From: an uncultured Bacilli bacterium
GTDB taxonomy: Bacteria > Bacillota_I > Bacilli_A > RF39 > UBA660
DNA length: 64,000 nt
NCBI GenBank assembly: GCA_949439935.1
Contig: CASRZA010000001.1
Span: forward strand, 1,391 to 65,390
Direction of reading: 5' to 3'
The position numbers and the translations under genes were made by a program. Positions 9,465 to 19,518 of this stretch are shown piece after piece; position 1 is the stretch's first letter, and every line of letters starts with the position of its first letter. The notes under the pieces were generated by a model, which was given only the letters and a program-made list of their open reading frames with translations, ran no database searches and was not told where the DNA came from.

Positions 9465-12008
9465 ATGAAACATGATTTTATTAAATTTTACGCGATTTTC
9501 ATAATCCTATTAACGGGCCTTTTTTGGGGCATAGACTCTGTTCATGCAGAATCCTTCACAAGCGAATATATCTCTATTGTAGGTGGAAAGCCCTTCTCGT
9601 ATGAAGGCGAAGATATAAATATCAAAAATGCGACCTTTTATAAATGGGACCAAAACGAAAATAATGAAGGTAATTTAAACGGAAGAATTGATTACATTGC
9701 AGACACTAACTACACAGAAATCAATTTTACTGTCTATTACTATGATATCGATAATAACCTTGTCGCAGTATCAAAGAAGAAAGAAACTTTTTATAGAAAT
9801 TATCAATTTCAACGCTTTATGAATGTATTGCTTTCTAAAGGAGATTTTATCGGAGATGCTAATATAGAAGACATTGCTAGTTATAAAATATCATATTATA
9901 CAGTTAAGCCTTCGACATCTTCTACTTCTCCAAATGTCAATACTACGACAAAAAATGATAACCCAAACGGGAATGCCGATTATTCATATCTTGATTACAT
10001 AATATCTTCATACAACGTAGATATCACAGTAAACAAAAACAACGTCTTAGATATCACAGAAACCATCACAGCAAGATTCAATATCCCAAAACACGGAATC
10101 ATCAGGACGATTCCTTATCTCAATACTGTAACAAGGCTAGACGGAACAGCGTCAAAGAACTATGCTAACATAAGTGACTTAACTGTCGATGATGAATTTA
10201 AAACTAAAAAAAGTAACGGCGAATATGAAATAAGGATAGGTTCAACAACTAAAACGATCACAGGAAGCAAAACCTACAAAATCAAATACAAATATAACTT
10301 AGGAAAAGATCCACTGAAAGATAAAGATGAACTTTACTACAACTTAATCGGTACAGAATGGGATACTATGATCGAAAATATAACTTTCACAGTTAGATTG
10401 CATAAGGAATTTGATAAAGAAAAATTAGGCTTTTCATCCGGTTATGCTAGTTCGATCGACAATTCTAAAATCGAATACGAAGTAAAAGGAAATACGATCA
10501 CAGGAAAATATAAAGGTATTTTAAAAAGTAGACAAGGAATTACAGTTCGGTGTGAATTTGAAGAAGGATACTTTGAAGGAGCCAAGAACTATGTTAACCC
10601 AGTTGTATACATTTCCATTGTCGTATCCATACTTTTTATAGCAATATCTTTTATCCTTTGGTTCAAATATGGAAAAGATGATCTTGTCGTCGAAACAGTC
10701 GAATTCTATCCACCAGAGAACATGAATAGCTTAGAGGCAGGATTTATATATAACGGTAAAGCATACAATAGAGATGTTACATCTCTACTAATTTACTTGG
10801 CCAACAAAGGATATCTGAAAATAACCGATAAACAGATAGATCTGAAAGCTGAAAAAGTAGGTCTGTCTAGTGAAGCTAAGGAAAAAGCTGAAAAGAAAAT
10901 TTTAGAACTAGAAAATCTTATAAAAAAAGAGACTAATACTGAAAAAATAAAATATTATGAAAACATGCTAAACATCTATAAAGAAATCGACAAGCCTGTT
11001 GATTACAAACAATATGGTCTTTCTTCTGTGGTTTCAAGAATAAATAAAGAGATCAAATTTACCATCGAGAAGTTAAAAGATTATGACGGCATAAACGCCT
11101 ATGAAGAGATATTTATGAATGGACTATTTGAATACGGAAAAACTGAGACGAATGGTGCCCTGCTTTGCAATAATTTTTATACTACCAATAACCAGATTAA
11201 AAACATAATAAACAAAAAGAGTAATCGAGAGCAAATATTCGAAAAATCGGCAACCACGAAAAGAAAATATTTCGTAATCATGCTTCTTGCTATTTACTGT
11301 CTTATCACAATTCCCGCTATACTTGAAAGTGATCAACCTCTAATCATCCCCTTTGCGATCGCTTTCCCTGCAATAGGACTCAGCGTATTATTTGGACTCG
11401 TCACAAATGGAATAAAGACGTTCAAGACGTCTAAAGTCGCTTCAATAGCTGAAATATTATTCGGAATAATATGGGGTCTTGGCTTTGGTGGAATACCTGG
11501 GCTATTCCTAGTGCTACCATCGCTGCTAATAGATAAAGCATATTTAATTTCGTTTATAATTGGCCTAATTGCATTAATAACGATTGCCATTTTCATGATA
11601 AATATGTCAAAAAGGACAAAATATGGAACAGAGATGCTAGGTAAATTGAGAGGATTTAAAAGATTCTTAGAAACTGCTGAGAAAGAAAAATTAGAAGCTT
11701 TAGTTCAAGAAAATCCTACATATTACTATGACATTTTACCATATACATACGTCCTAGGTGTATCTGATAAATGGATCAAAAAATTTGAGACGATCTCCCT
11801 AAGAGAACCATCCTGGTATGAAAGTGGAAACGGGTTCAACGTGATATCGTTCAACACATTTATGACGTCTACTATGAAGACTGCCGAGGCATCGATGTCA
11901 TCAACTCCCTACAGTAGCTCTGGCGGTAGTTCAGGAGGAAGTAGCAGTTCATCGGGCGGAGGATCATCAGGAGGAGGCTCCGGAGGTGGTGGAGGTTCTT
12001 CCTGGTAA
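9465..12008 (+). CDS. DUF2207-type membrane protein with Gly/Ser-rich C-terminal tail
   Basis: Signal peptide, large extracellular domain, TM segments, C-terminal SSGGSSGGSSSSSGGGSSGGGSGGGGGSS tail typical of DUF2207 proteins. Confidence 0.55.
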   Translation: MKHDFIKFYAIFIILLTGLFWGIDSVHAESFTSEYISIVGGKPFSYEGEDINIKNATFYKWDQNENNEGNLNGRIDYIADTNYTEINFTVYYYDIDNNLVAVSKKKETFYRNYQFQRFMNVLLSKGDFIGDANIEDIASYKISYYTVKPSTSSTSPNVNTTTKNDNPNGNADYSYLDYIISSYNVDITVNKNNVLDITETITARFNIPKHGIIRTIPYLNTVTRLDGTASKNYANISDLTVDDEFKTKKSNGEYEIRIGSTTKTITGSKTYKIKYKYNLGKDPLKDKDELYYNLIGTEWDTMIENITFTVRLHKEFDKEKLGFSSGYASSIDNSKIEYEVKGNTITGKYKGILKSRQGITVRCEFEEGYFEGAKNYVNPVVYISIVVSILFIAISFILWFKYGKDDLVVETVEFYPPENMNSLEAGFIYNGKAYNRDVTSLLIYLANKGYLKITDKQIDLKAEKVGLSSEAKEKAEKKILELENLIKKETNTEKIKYYENMLNIYKEIDKPVDYKQYGLSSVVSRINKEIKFTIEKLKDYDGINAYEEIFMNGLFEYGKTETNGALLCNNFYTTNNQIKNIINKKSNREQIFEKSATTKRKYFVIMLLAIYCLITIPAILESDQPLIIPFAIAFPAIGLSVLFGLVTNGIKTFKTSKVASIAEILFGIIWGLGFGGIPGLFLVLPSLLIDKAYLISFIIGLIALITIAIFMINMSKRTKYGTEMLGKLRGFKRFLETAEKEKLEALVQENPTYYYDILPYTYVLGVSDKWIKKFETISLREPSWYESGNGFNVISFNTFMTSTMKTAEASMSSTPYSSSGGSSGGSSSSSGGGSSGGGSGGGGGSSW

Positions 12009-12034
12009 TTAAAATAATACTTAATTTATTAAAA

Positions 12035-12068
12035 GGACATATGATACATCTGAAAAATATGTCTTTTT
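12035..12068 (+). terminator. Rho-independent terminator
   Basis: GGACATAT...ATATGTC stem followed by TTTTT, just after the DUF2207 gene. Confidence 0.5.
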
Positions 12069-12228
12069 ATCTTGTTACTTTTTATGACACCTATTCCTCT
12101 TTCTTCAAACTTTTCACATTTAATAAATCCATACTCGAAATGTATAACCACTGGCGAAAAATCTATTTTTTGATATAATGCATATATAAAATTATGCCGA
12201 AAAGGTAATTTAAAAAGGAGATATATCT

Positions 12229-12813
12229 ATGGAACTATTTAATAAAAAAAATAAAGATAAATTGATCGATGGCGATATGTGCTATGTCACATTGCATTTA
12301 AATATGCGCTTGATGCCTCTCGACAGAGGAAATTTATTTGAGGATCCCATAGATGAGGTTTTGCACAAACATGATATAGGAGAAGTTACAGGTGGTAGAA
12401 CATTATTGACAGAGGAGAAAATGCCAATTTCTTGCGATATAGAGTTCAATATTAAAAAGGATAGAATTGCTGATTTTATTTCTTTCTTAAACGCTGTTAA
12501 CACGATTGCAAAAGGAAGCTATATAGAGTACGAGGGAAAAAAGGAAGAAATCGGAACACTTGAAGGTCTTAACCTAATACTCGATGGAACTGAATTGGAT
12601 GAAAAGGTATATGAAGAAAACGATGTAAACGACGTCATCACCGAAATAGATGAGTTGCTAAAAGAAAAAGGTCAATATCATAGTTACTATATGGGCGAAA
12701 AAAACACAAATTTATACTTTTACGGGACTTCTTTTGCCGAAATGAAAGAGATCGTCGATAATTATACAAAAACTTCACCTTTATGCGAGAATAGTGTAAT
12801 TGAACAGATATGA
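12229..12813 (+). CDS. hypothetical protein
   Basis: 194-aa ORF with an RBS (AAAGGAG). I recognise no motif. Confidence 0.4.
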   Translation: MELFNKKNKDKLIDGDMCYVTLHLNMRLMPLDRGNLFEDPIDEVLHKHDIGEVTGGRTLLTEEKMPISCDIEFNIKKDRIADFISFLNAVNTIAKGSYIEYEGKKEEIGTLEGLNLILDGTELDEKVYEENDVNDVITEIDELLKEKGQYHSYYMGEKNTNLYFYGTSFAEMKEIVDNYTKTSPLCENSVIEQI

Positions 12814-12830
12814 CGCATAAATGATATAAT

Positions 12831-13304
12831 ATGGCAATAGATAGGAAAAATTTTTCTTTAGCTAAACACGATCCAGAAATACAAGACTTAATATCAAAAA
12901 CAGAGCATAAATTATTGGCTCGATGGGCAATCGATTGTCTTAATAGAGTCTTTTTTGTTTTTGAAAAATACTACCCAAACGAAACTATACCTCAAACAGC
13001 TCTCAATATTTTAAATGACTGTATAGATGATAAAATTTCGATGTGGGAAGCGAGAAAATACTGTTGGACGGTTTTAGAGTTAGCACGTGAGATAGAAAAA
13101 AACAATAAGGCCTGTTGTCAAATAGTTAGAGCGACAAGTCATTGCTTAGCGACCTGCCATGTTCCCACTCATGCAGAAGGAACAGCGATGTATGTAATCT
13201 CTGCTAATAAATACATAGATGAAGATAAGGAAAACGTGATAGAAATTATGGAAGCCGAAAGAAAATGGCAAATTGACCACTTGAAAGAATTGCGCGCGCA
13301 ATAA
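12831..13304 (+). CDS. hypothetical protein (His/Cys-rich; CHVPTHAEG)
   Basis: 157-aa ORF starting 18 nt after the previous gene. I recognise no family. Confidence 0.4.
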   Translation: MAIDRKNFSLAKHDPEIQDLISKTEHKLLARWAIDCLNRVFFVFEKYYPNETIPQTALNILNDCIDDKISMWEARKYCWTVLELAREIEKNNKACCQIVRATSHCLATCHVPTHAEGTAMYVISANKYIDEDKENVIEIMEAERKWQIDHLKELRAQ

Positions 13305-13673
13305 TTATCATTTACAACATAAAATATGGAAAAGCCATTCAAATAATAGCGTTACTACAACTTAAAAGAAAGAAAAAAGATACTAAGTAATTATCTGTTA
13401 TAGCTTTTATTCAATATTAAATTATAATAACGAAGCATTTTTTAGTCATTAATTTCTGATTACCTTGAAAAGAAACAAAAAGTAAAAAATGTACAACTAA
13501 GATTATCAAAATAAGTATACTGATTCATATCTTAAGAATTATGAAAACGATTAAAACTCATAACATAAGAAGAGAATACTTTAGATGTTCTACTTAAAAT
13601 TGATAACAACTGCTAGTAAATAGGCAGTTTTTCTGTTATAATCAAAAAACAAGAACTATATATAAATAAGTAT

Positions 13674-14536
13674 TTGAAAGTGAGATTAAATTGTGAAAAA
13701 AAATTAGATAAAGGACTAGATATTTTATTCAATATATACTGTCCAAAAAATAGTGAAAATGGTTCAATAACACAAGAAGACATTGATTACGCAAAGGAAA
13801 ATGGATATATGTTTGATTATCCGACTTACGAAAGTCATGACAATACTTTGAAAAAGACGAATGATGTGTTGTCAAAAATAAGTGTTGTAGAAGTTGCTAA
13901 TGCCTTTTTGTATAGTTTATCAACAAGAAAGTTAGAATATCGTTCAGCATTAGGAAGTTTCTTCTTTGCAAAAGCAATTCCAAAACATAAAATAGATATT
14001 GGATACGGACATTGTGGTGATAATCATTGCTATATATGTGGTTGGTACGCATGGGCAAAGCAGCCAAATCAATATGAAAAAAATATGGTTTAAATGTTTT
14101 CAATTTGGAAAGATATAAATATGGTGGTGTACGACATACATCACTTGACTATGCTTTATTCGATTTAGAGCAATTTTTAAAATTACCTAAAATTTCGCCC
14201 TCTGATGAAGATAAAATTATTTTAAAAAGAATATTAGACTGTGTATATAATTTAGAGTCAAAAGATATGGTTGGTAAGTTGAGATCTTCCATATTAAAAG
14301 AAAAAAATTTAAAAGTAATAAAAATGAAATAAGTAAAATTTTAGATATTCTTGGAATTTGTGGTATATTAGCTAGCAAAGAATATCCGTCATACGAAGAA
14401 AAATTTGTAGACGAATATCATAGATCACCTATTACTCATAAAAATGACTTTTCTTATCCAATTAATAGATGGCATGCATCTGATGGTATAAATTATGATA
14501 AATTTGAAGAAATTTTTAGTTATAAAATTTACTAAT
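13674..14536 (+). pseudogene. hypothetical gene (~290 aa) disrupted by two frameshifts at poly-A tracts
   Basis: Three same-strand ORF pieces (13674..14093, 14105..14332, 14340..14536). They become one reading frame if one A is added to the A7 run near 14077-14083 and one to the A5 run near 14319-14323. Confidence 0.5.
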
Positions 14537-14961
14537 GATCTACACTTTGGGAAAAGGAGAAAGTGCTTTATATAGGTATCCAAAATGTTGGAAAGCATCT
14601 TTTTTAATAGTATGGCTTACTCTCAAAAATTACTTTTTTCATATTGGAGTTTACCCCAAAATTGTGAAAACGAAAGTTACTGAAAAGACATAATTGATTA
14701 CAAACTAAGTAGATATGCTCGCTATTTAATTGTTTAAAATGCTAATCCTAAATTTAAAGTAGTAGTATTAGGTGAAACTTATTTTGCTGTTTAAACTAGA
14801 AAATTGGAAGTTTCCAAATAAAAATATAGCATACTGACTGAAGAAGAGAAAAGACTATATTAGATTAAACAAAACAAAGATGGAAATAAAATATTACGAA
14901 AACATTAGACAAATCATTTAAATAATAATGTTAATAACAGATAAAAGGCATATAATTAACT

Positions 14962-15621
14962 ATGAAAAAATTTGTCTTTTTAATTATACTTGTTTTTATA
15001 ATGTTAATCTCTCTCGCAGCAAAATTTCAACCGTCGAATTCTTTCCCACTGTTTGGGAAATTCATAATATTGGACCCTGGTCATGGAGGATTAGACCCTG
15101 GCTCAATTTATAAGGAAGAATACGAAAAATATTACAATTTAGAATTCTCTCATACCTTAAAAAAAGAACTAGAGAATTTTGGGGCGACCGTCATAATGAC
15201 ACGCACTGGGGATTATGACTTGAGCAGTCCTTCCGCTTCACGACGTAAAAGAAGTGATTTTGAAAATAGGATCAAGCTCATCAATGAAAATAGACCTGAT
15301 TTATACATATCACTACATATGAATTCTCTAAGCAATTCTAAATACTACGGTAGTCAAGTTTTTTATAGTGAAATTAATAGCCAAAATAAACTAATCGCCG
15401 ATATACTTCAAAAAAAACTGAACTCGTATTTAAAATTAGATAGAGACTATAAAAAAATTTCCGACGATAAATATATGTTTAAAAGAATAGACCCTCCCGG
15501 CGTACTTATAGAATATGGATTTATATCTAGCAGTAGAGATAGAGCCAACCTCAAAACCAAAAAGTATAGGGAAGAATTGTCAAAGATAATATGCTATGCT
15601 TTGATAGAATATTTTTCATAA
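14962..15621 (+). CDS. cwlD: N-acetylmuramoyl-L-alanine amidase, CwlD-like (Amidase_3)
   Basis: N-terminal TM/signal, DPGHGGLDPG and SLHMNS motifs of the Amidase_3 zinc amidase. Size and layout match germination-specific CwlD. Confidence 0.65.
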   Translation: MKKFVFLIILVFIMLISLAAKFQPSNSFPLFGKFIILDPGHGGLDPGSIYKEEYEKYYNLEFSHTLKKELENFGATVIMTRTGDYDLSSPSASRRKRSDFENRIKLINENRPDLYISLHMNSLSNSKYYGSQVFYSEINSQNKLIADILQKKLNSYLKLDRDYKKISDDKYMFKRIDPPGVLIEYGFISSSRDRANLKTKKYREELSKIICYALIEYFS

Positions 15622-16007
15622 TACAAGAGTATATAATTTATTTAAATTTAATCGACGATATTTGTAAACTCAATGAATTCAGCTTCTATCTAGAACAAAA
15701 CCATACTGTAATTTAATTAAGAATGGAGATTACAATTATGGCATGGTATAGATAAAGTACAAAACATAGTAAACATATTCCACTAGAATACTAAAGTAGA
15801 TTCAACATCCCCTAACAGAGGAATTACTAATAACAATAGAACAATAGGAAGACTCATTTAAAAATTCAAATATCAAATTTAGAATTTTTTCTTTTAAATT
15901 CGAATCGAATTTCACAGAGATTTCATCTTTTCATAACAACAATTTACCATAAAGGGGCTATTATTTTCTTGTAACTTGTAGTATAATTTTATACTAGGTG
16001 AAGGTAC

Positions 16008-16934
16008 ATGCAAAAGACGTTCAAAACGATAGACGAGCAAATTCAAATTCTAAAAGATAAAGGTCTTGTCATCGAAGATGAAGATTCTGCTAGAGATACT
16101 CTTTTAAGAGAAAACTACTTTTTTATAAGTGGATACAGACATCTTTTCATGCAGGGAATAAGGTCTAAACAATTTAAGCCGAATACTAATTTTAGAGAAC
16201 TATATGCGATGTTCAACTTTGATAGACAACTGCGAAACATCATATTTAAAAATTTGTTGATTTTAGAAAACAATTTAAAAAGCATATTCTCATATCAGTT
16301 ATCTAAAAATTATGGTTTTAAAGAAAAAGATTATTTGAGGCCATCTAACTTTAATACTCATCCAGATAAGTCGAGACAAGTAAACGACCTTTTGAGAAAA
16401 ATCAAAAGACAGATTCGAGTAAACGGTGGACAACACTCGGCTACCACTCACTATATTTATAACTATGGTTATATTCCACTCTGGGTTGTTGTAAAAGTAT
16501 TGTCTTTTGGCATAGTTTGTGAATTATATTCCATAATGAAATCGAAAGATCAAGAAGAAATCGCCGACATCTATAATCTTAGAGTTACAGATCTTTTGAG
16601 TTTTTTGCCCATACTAGCGAACTATCGCAATCTATGTGCTCATGAGGACATACTTTATGACAATAGGACAGCAGTAGCCATAGAGACAAACAAGTACCAT
16701 ACGATGCTCGAACTTCCGATGTTGGATGACGAATATACGAGTGGAAAAAACGATCTTTTTGCACTTATTCTGATCATGAAATTTATGCTGACGGAGGAAG
16801 AATTCAGACTCGTAATTAAAGAGATAGACTATGAAAAGTCAGTTCTAGAAGGAAAGCTCAAAGTAATAGACATCGAAGACGTCATGAGCTTTATGGGATT
16901 TCCTAAAGATTATACTAAGTTAATTGAAATGTAA
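16008..16934 (+). CDS. Abi_2-family abortive infection protein (AbiD/AbiF-like)
   Basis: The N-terminus (TIDEQIQILKDKGLVIEDEDSARDTLLRENYFFISGYRHLF) matches the conserved start of AbiD/AbiF (Abi_2) proteins. Size is ~308 aa. Confidence 0.65.
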   Translation: MQKTFKTIDEQIQILKDKGLVIEDEDSARDTLLRENYFFISGYRHLFMQGIRSKQFKPNTNFRELYAMFNFDRQLRNIIFKNLLILENNLKSIFSYQLSKNYGFKEKDYLRPSNFNTHPDKSRQVNDLLRKIKRQIRVNGGQHSATTHYIYNYGYIPLWVVVKVLSFGIVCELYSIMKSKDQEEIADIYNLRVTDLLSFLPILANYRNLCAHEDILYDNRTAVAIETNKYHTMLELPMLDDEYTSGKNDLFALILIMKFMLTEEEFRLVIKEIDYEKSVLEGKLKVIDIEDVMSFMGFPKDYTKLIEM

Positions 16935-16955
16935 AATAGAAAGACGTGAAAACGA

Positions 16956-18146
16956 ATGGAAAATGAAATTGTAGAAACTCAAGAAAAAGAAACTGTCAAA
17001 AAAACAGTCAAACCAAAAAAAATAAAAGATGAAAAAAAGAATAAATCTCATTCTACGAACTGGCTCGCTTGTTTTATCGCAGGATTGATCGGAGCAGCGT
17101 CCATGTACTTATTTGTCTATTATGTCATGCCTATGGGTTCGACGAGTACAGTTATCAATAAGAGCGAAAAAGAAGTAACTGTCAACGAAAACGGCATCGC
17201 TGACGCCGTAGAAAAATTGTACGATGCAGTCGTCGTAGTTACAGTTTACAAAAATGAAACACTTTCGGCAAGCGGTACAGGATTCGTATATAAGGTAAAT
17301 GGCAAAAAAGCCTACATTCTCACGAACAATCACGTAGTAGATTTAAGTGGAAAATCGGCTGTTAAAGTAATATTTACGAACGGCGAAGAAGTCGAGGTTA
17401 AGATCGAAGGCACAGACGAATATTCCGATTTAGCAGTCTTAAGTGTAGATGCCGATAAAATTGTCGACGTCGCCGAAATAGGTAAAAGCGAAGACGTTCG
17501 CCTTGGAGATACTGTATTTACTCTAGGTGCACCACTTGATACAGAGTATTACTGGTCAGTCACGAGAGGAGTAGTAAGCGGAAAAGATAGAATGGTCGAA
17601 GTATCTCTTACAAGCTCAAATACTTCTGATTATGTCATGAAAGTTCTTCAGACAGACGCCGCTATAAACTCCGGAAACAGTGGAGGACCTATTGCCAATT
17701 CAAATGGACAAGTCATCGGTATAACGAACATGAAACTCGTCTCAAATGGAGTCGAAGGAATCGGCTTTGCAATACCAATCGAAGACGCAGTCACCTTTGC
17801 AGACGCTATAATCGAGGGAAAATCCATCAAAAAGCCTCTAATAGGTGTCAAAATGTTGAACTTATCCGACAGATGGAGTCTTTACAGCAATGGAATAACT
17901 TTAAACACAGAACTTACATCTGGAGTCGTCGTAGTCGAAGCACAAAAAGGTGCTCCTGCCGCACAAGCGGGACTGACGCGCGGAGACATCATCGTTGCAA
18001 TAGATGGCGAAGAAGTGAAGAATGTGGCTAGATTGAGGTACTATCTATACAGACATACGGTAGGAGACACAGTCACAGTTACAATTGAACGTAATGGAAA
18101 AAAACAAGATGTTAAACTTAAACTGACAGTTGCAAACGAAGAATAG
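16956..18146 (+). CDS. htrA: HtrA/DegP-family serine protease with PDZ domain
   Basis: N-terminal TM anchor, trypsin-like catalytic motifs (TNNHVV, GNSGGP), C-terminal PDZ. Confidence 0.85.
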   Translation: MENEIVETQEKETVKKTVKPKKIKDEKKNKSHSTNWLACFIAGLIGAASMYLFVYYVMPMGSTSTVINKSEKEVTVNENGIADAVEKLYDAVVVVTVYKNETLSASGTGFVYKVNGKKAYILTNNHVVDLSGKSAVKVIFTNGEEVEVKIEGTDEYSDLAVLSVDADKIVDVAEIGKSEDVRLGDTVFTLGAPLDTEYYWSVTRGVVSGKDRMVEVSLTSSNTSDYVMKVLQTDAAINSGNSGGPIANSNGQVIGITNMKLVSNGVEGIGFAIPIEDAVTFADAIIEGKSIKKPLIGVKMLNLSDRWSLYSNGITLNTELTSGVVVVEAQKGAPAAQAGLTRGDIIVAIDGEEVKNVARLRYYLYRHTVGDTVTVTIERNGKKQDVKLKLTVANEE

Positions 18147-18601
18147 GTTGCAACTTTTTCTTTTGCCAAAGAGAAAAACTAGGCACTCCAAGAAAACGGA
18201 TACATTGAGTTAGTATTTTTTACAACAAGGAGTTTGTAAAAAGTTTTTGGTAGTAAACAAGCCCATCTTTTAGTAAAGTTTTATAAAAAATTGAAATCAA
18301 TTGCAATTGTAATCTTTTGCCAAATTCGATAAAATATCACAAAATGAAGGGATAACTATGGCAAAAAATGAAATTGTAAACTATTCTTATAACCTAGAAT
18401 ATATGAGTCCAGTTTACCCGACTCAAAATGTAATCTACACAAGCAAAAAGAAAAACGAGGATTTTAATTTTTCGAGTCTTCGCAAAAATAAAAGCAAAGC
18501 AAAAGATTCTAAGAAAAGTACAATCTACACTTTATTTATAGGCGATTTTAGTCGTAACAAAAGAAGAAATTTACGTCTCTGAAAACGAAGAATCTTCTCT
18601 A

Positions 18602-19285
18602 ATGTCGGCGATTCATCCTAGCTTTTACTTACAAGATTTAGATGAAATTAGAAACAATATTCCTCAAAAAATAGAAAACTTTTTGGAACCAAAAGAAATA
18701 GAACGTATTGAAATCGACAAAGACATAGCAAACCTAAAAGGTATTTTAAGTCCAGAAGCTTTTCCTTTTGGGAAGTGGCCTAGTAAATACCACCCAGCCA
18801 TGATGCAGCAAGTCACTATCAACTTGACTACCATAGAGGCAACACCAGTATTCTCAGTCAATGGCCATCCTGTCTCTGGCAAGACGACCCTCGTGAAAGA
18901 GCTCGTCGCAGACAAAATAGTAAAACGTGCCATCAGGCTCGCCAATTTTAAAAATGCTGACGATGCCTTCGAAAAAGAAGAAATCGAAAACAACAATAAC
19001 AAGTATTTTAGAAAATACTACAAAATGCACGACGCCTTAAAAGGATTTAGTATGTTAGTGGCATCGAACAACAATGCTGCAGTAGAAAACATATCTCTCG
19101 ATTTGCCAAATGCTAAAGATGTCGTAAAGGAGAAGACTTTAAGTGGTTTGTTTGACAAGCGAGAAAACGAGGACATATATTTCACAGATACAGCAAATTC
19201 ACTATTTAATTTCGACGCATGGGGATTGATTTCAGTCCCTTTAGGTAAAAAAGAAAATAACGATGCATTTTTAAAGAGTATATAA
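18602..19285 (+). pseudogene. truncated SF1 (Upf1/Dna2-like, AAA_11) helicase N-terminal fragment
   Basis: Walker A GHPVSGKTT and motif Ia-like MLVASNNNAAVENIS are present. The ORF ends after 227 aa with no motif II or C-terminal RecA domain. A terminator follows. Confidence 0.45.
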
Positions 19286-19328
19286 TTTGCATAGCGAATG
19301 TTAATAAAAAATTTATAATTTAATACGA

Positions 19329-19358
19329 AAAAGAATTATCATTTAAAAATTCTTTTTT
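19329..19358 (+). terminator. Rho-independent terminator (AAAAGAATT-loop-AATTCTTTT + T-run)
   Basis: Perfect 9-bp stem followed by a T-run, seen directly in the sequence. Confidence 0.55.
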
Positions 19359-19518
19359 ATTTTTCTAATAAGATAGCAGATAAATAAAACCTCCCGATAA
19401 TATTTGTCTAAATTAGTAGCTTTCTCCTTACCTTTTCCTAAATTGGTACTGAACTGCATTTTTACTTCCAATTTACGGTAAATAATGTTAAAATAAAGCA
19501 AAAAAAGGGGGACATGTC

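Noticed and set aside
11880-12005. Gly/Ser-rich repetitive DNA, a possible short tandem repeat element
   Set aside because: It encodes the C-terminal GS-rich tail characteristic of DUF2207 proteins. It is coding low complexity, not a non-coding repeat.
17109-17851. Antisense ORFs within htrA (17109-17333, 17648-17851)
   Set aside because: They lie inside a well-supported protease gene on the opposite strand.
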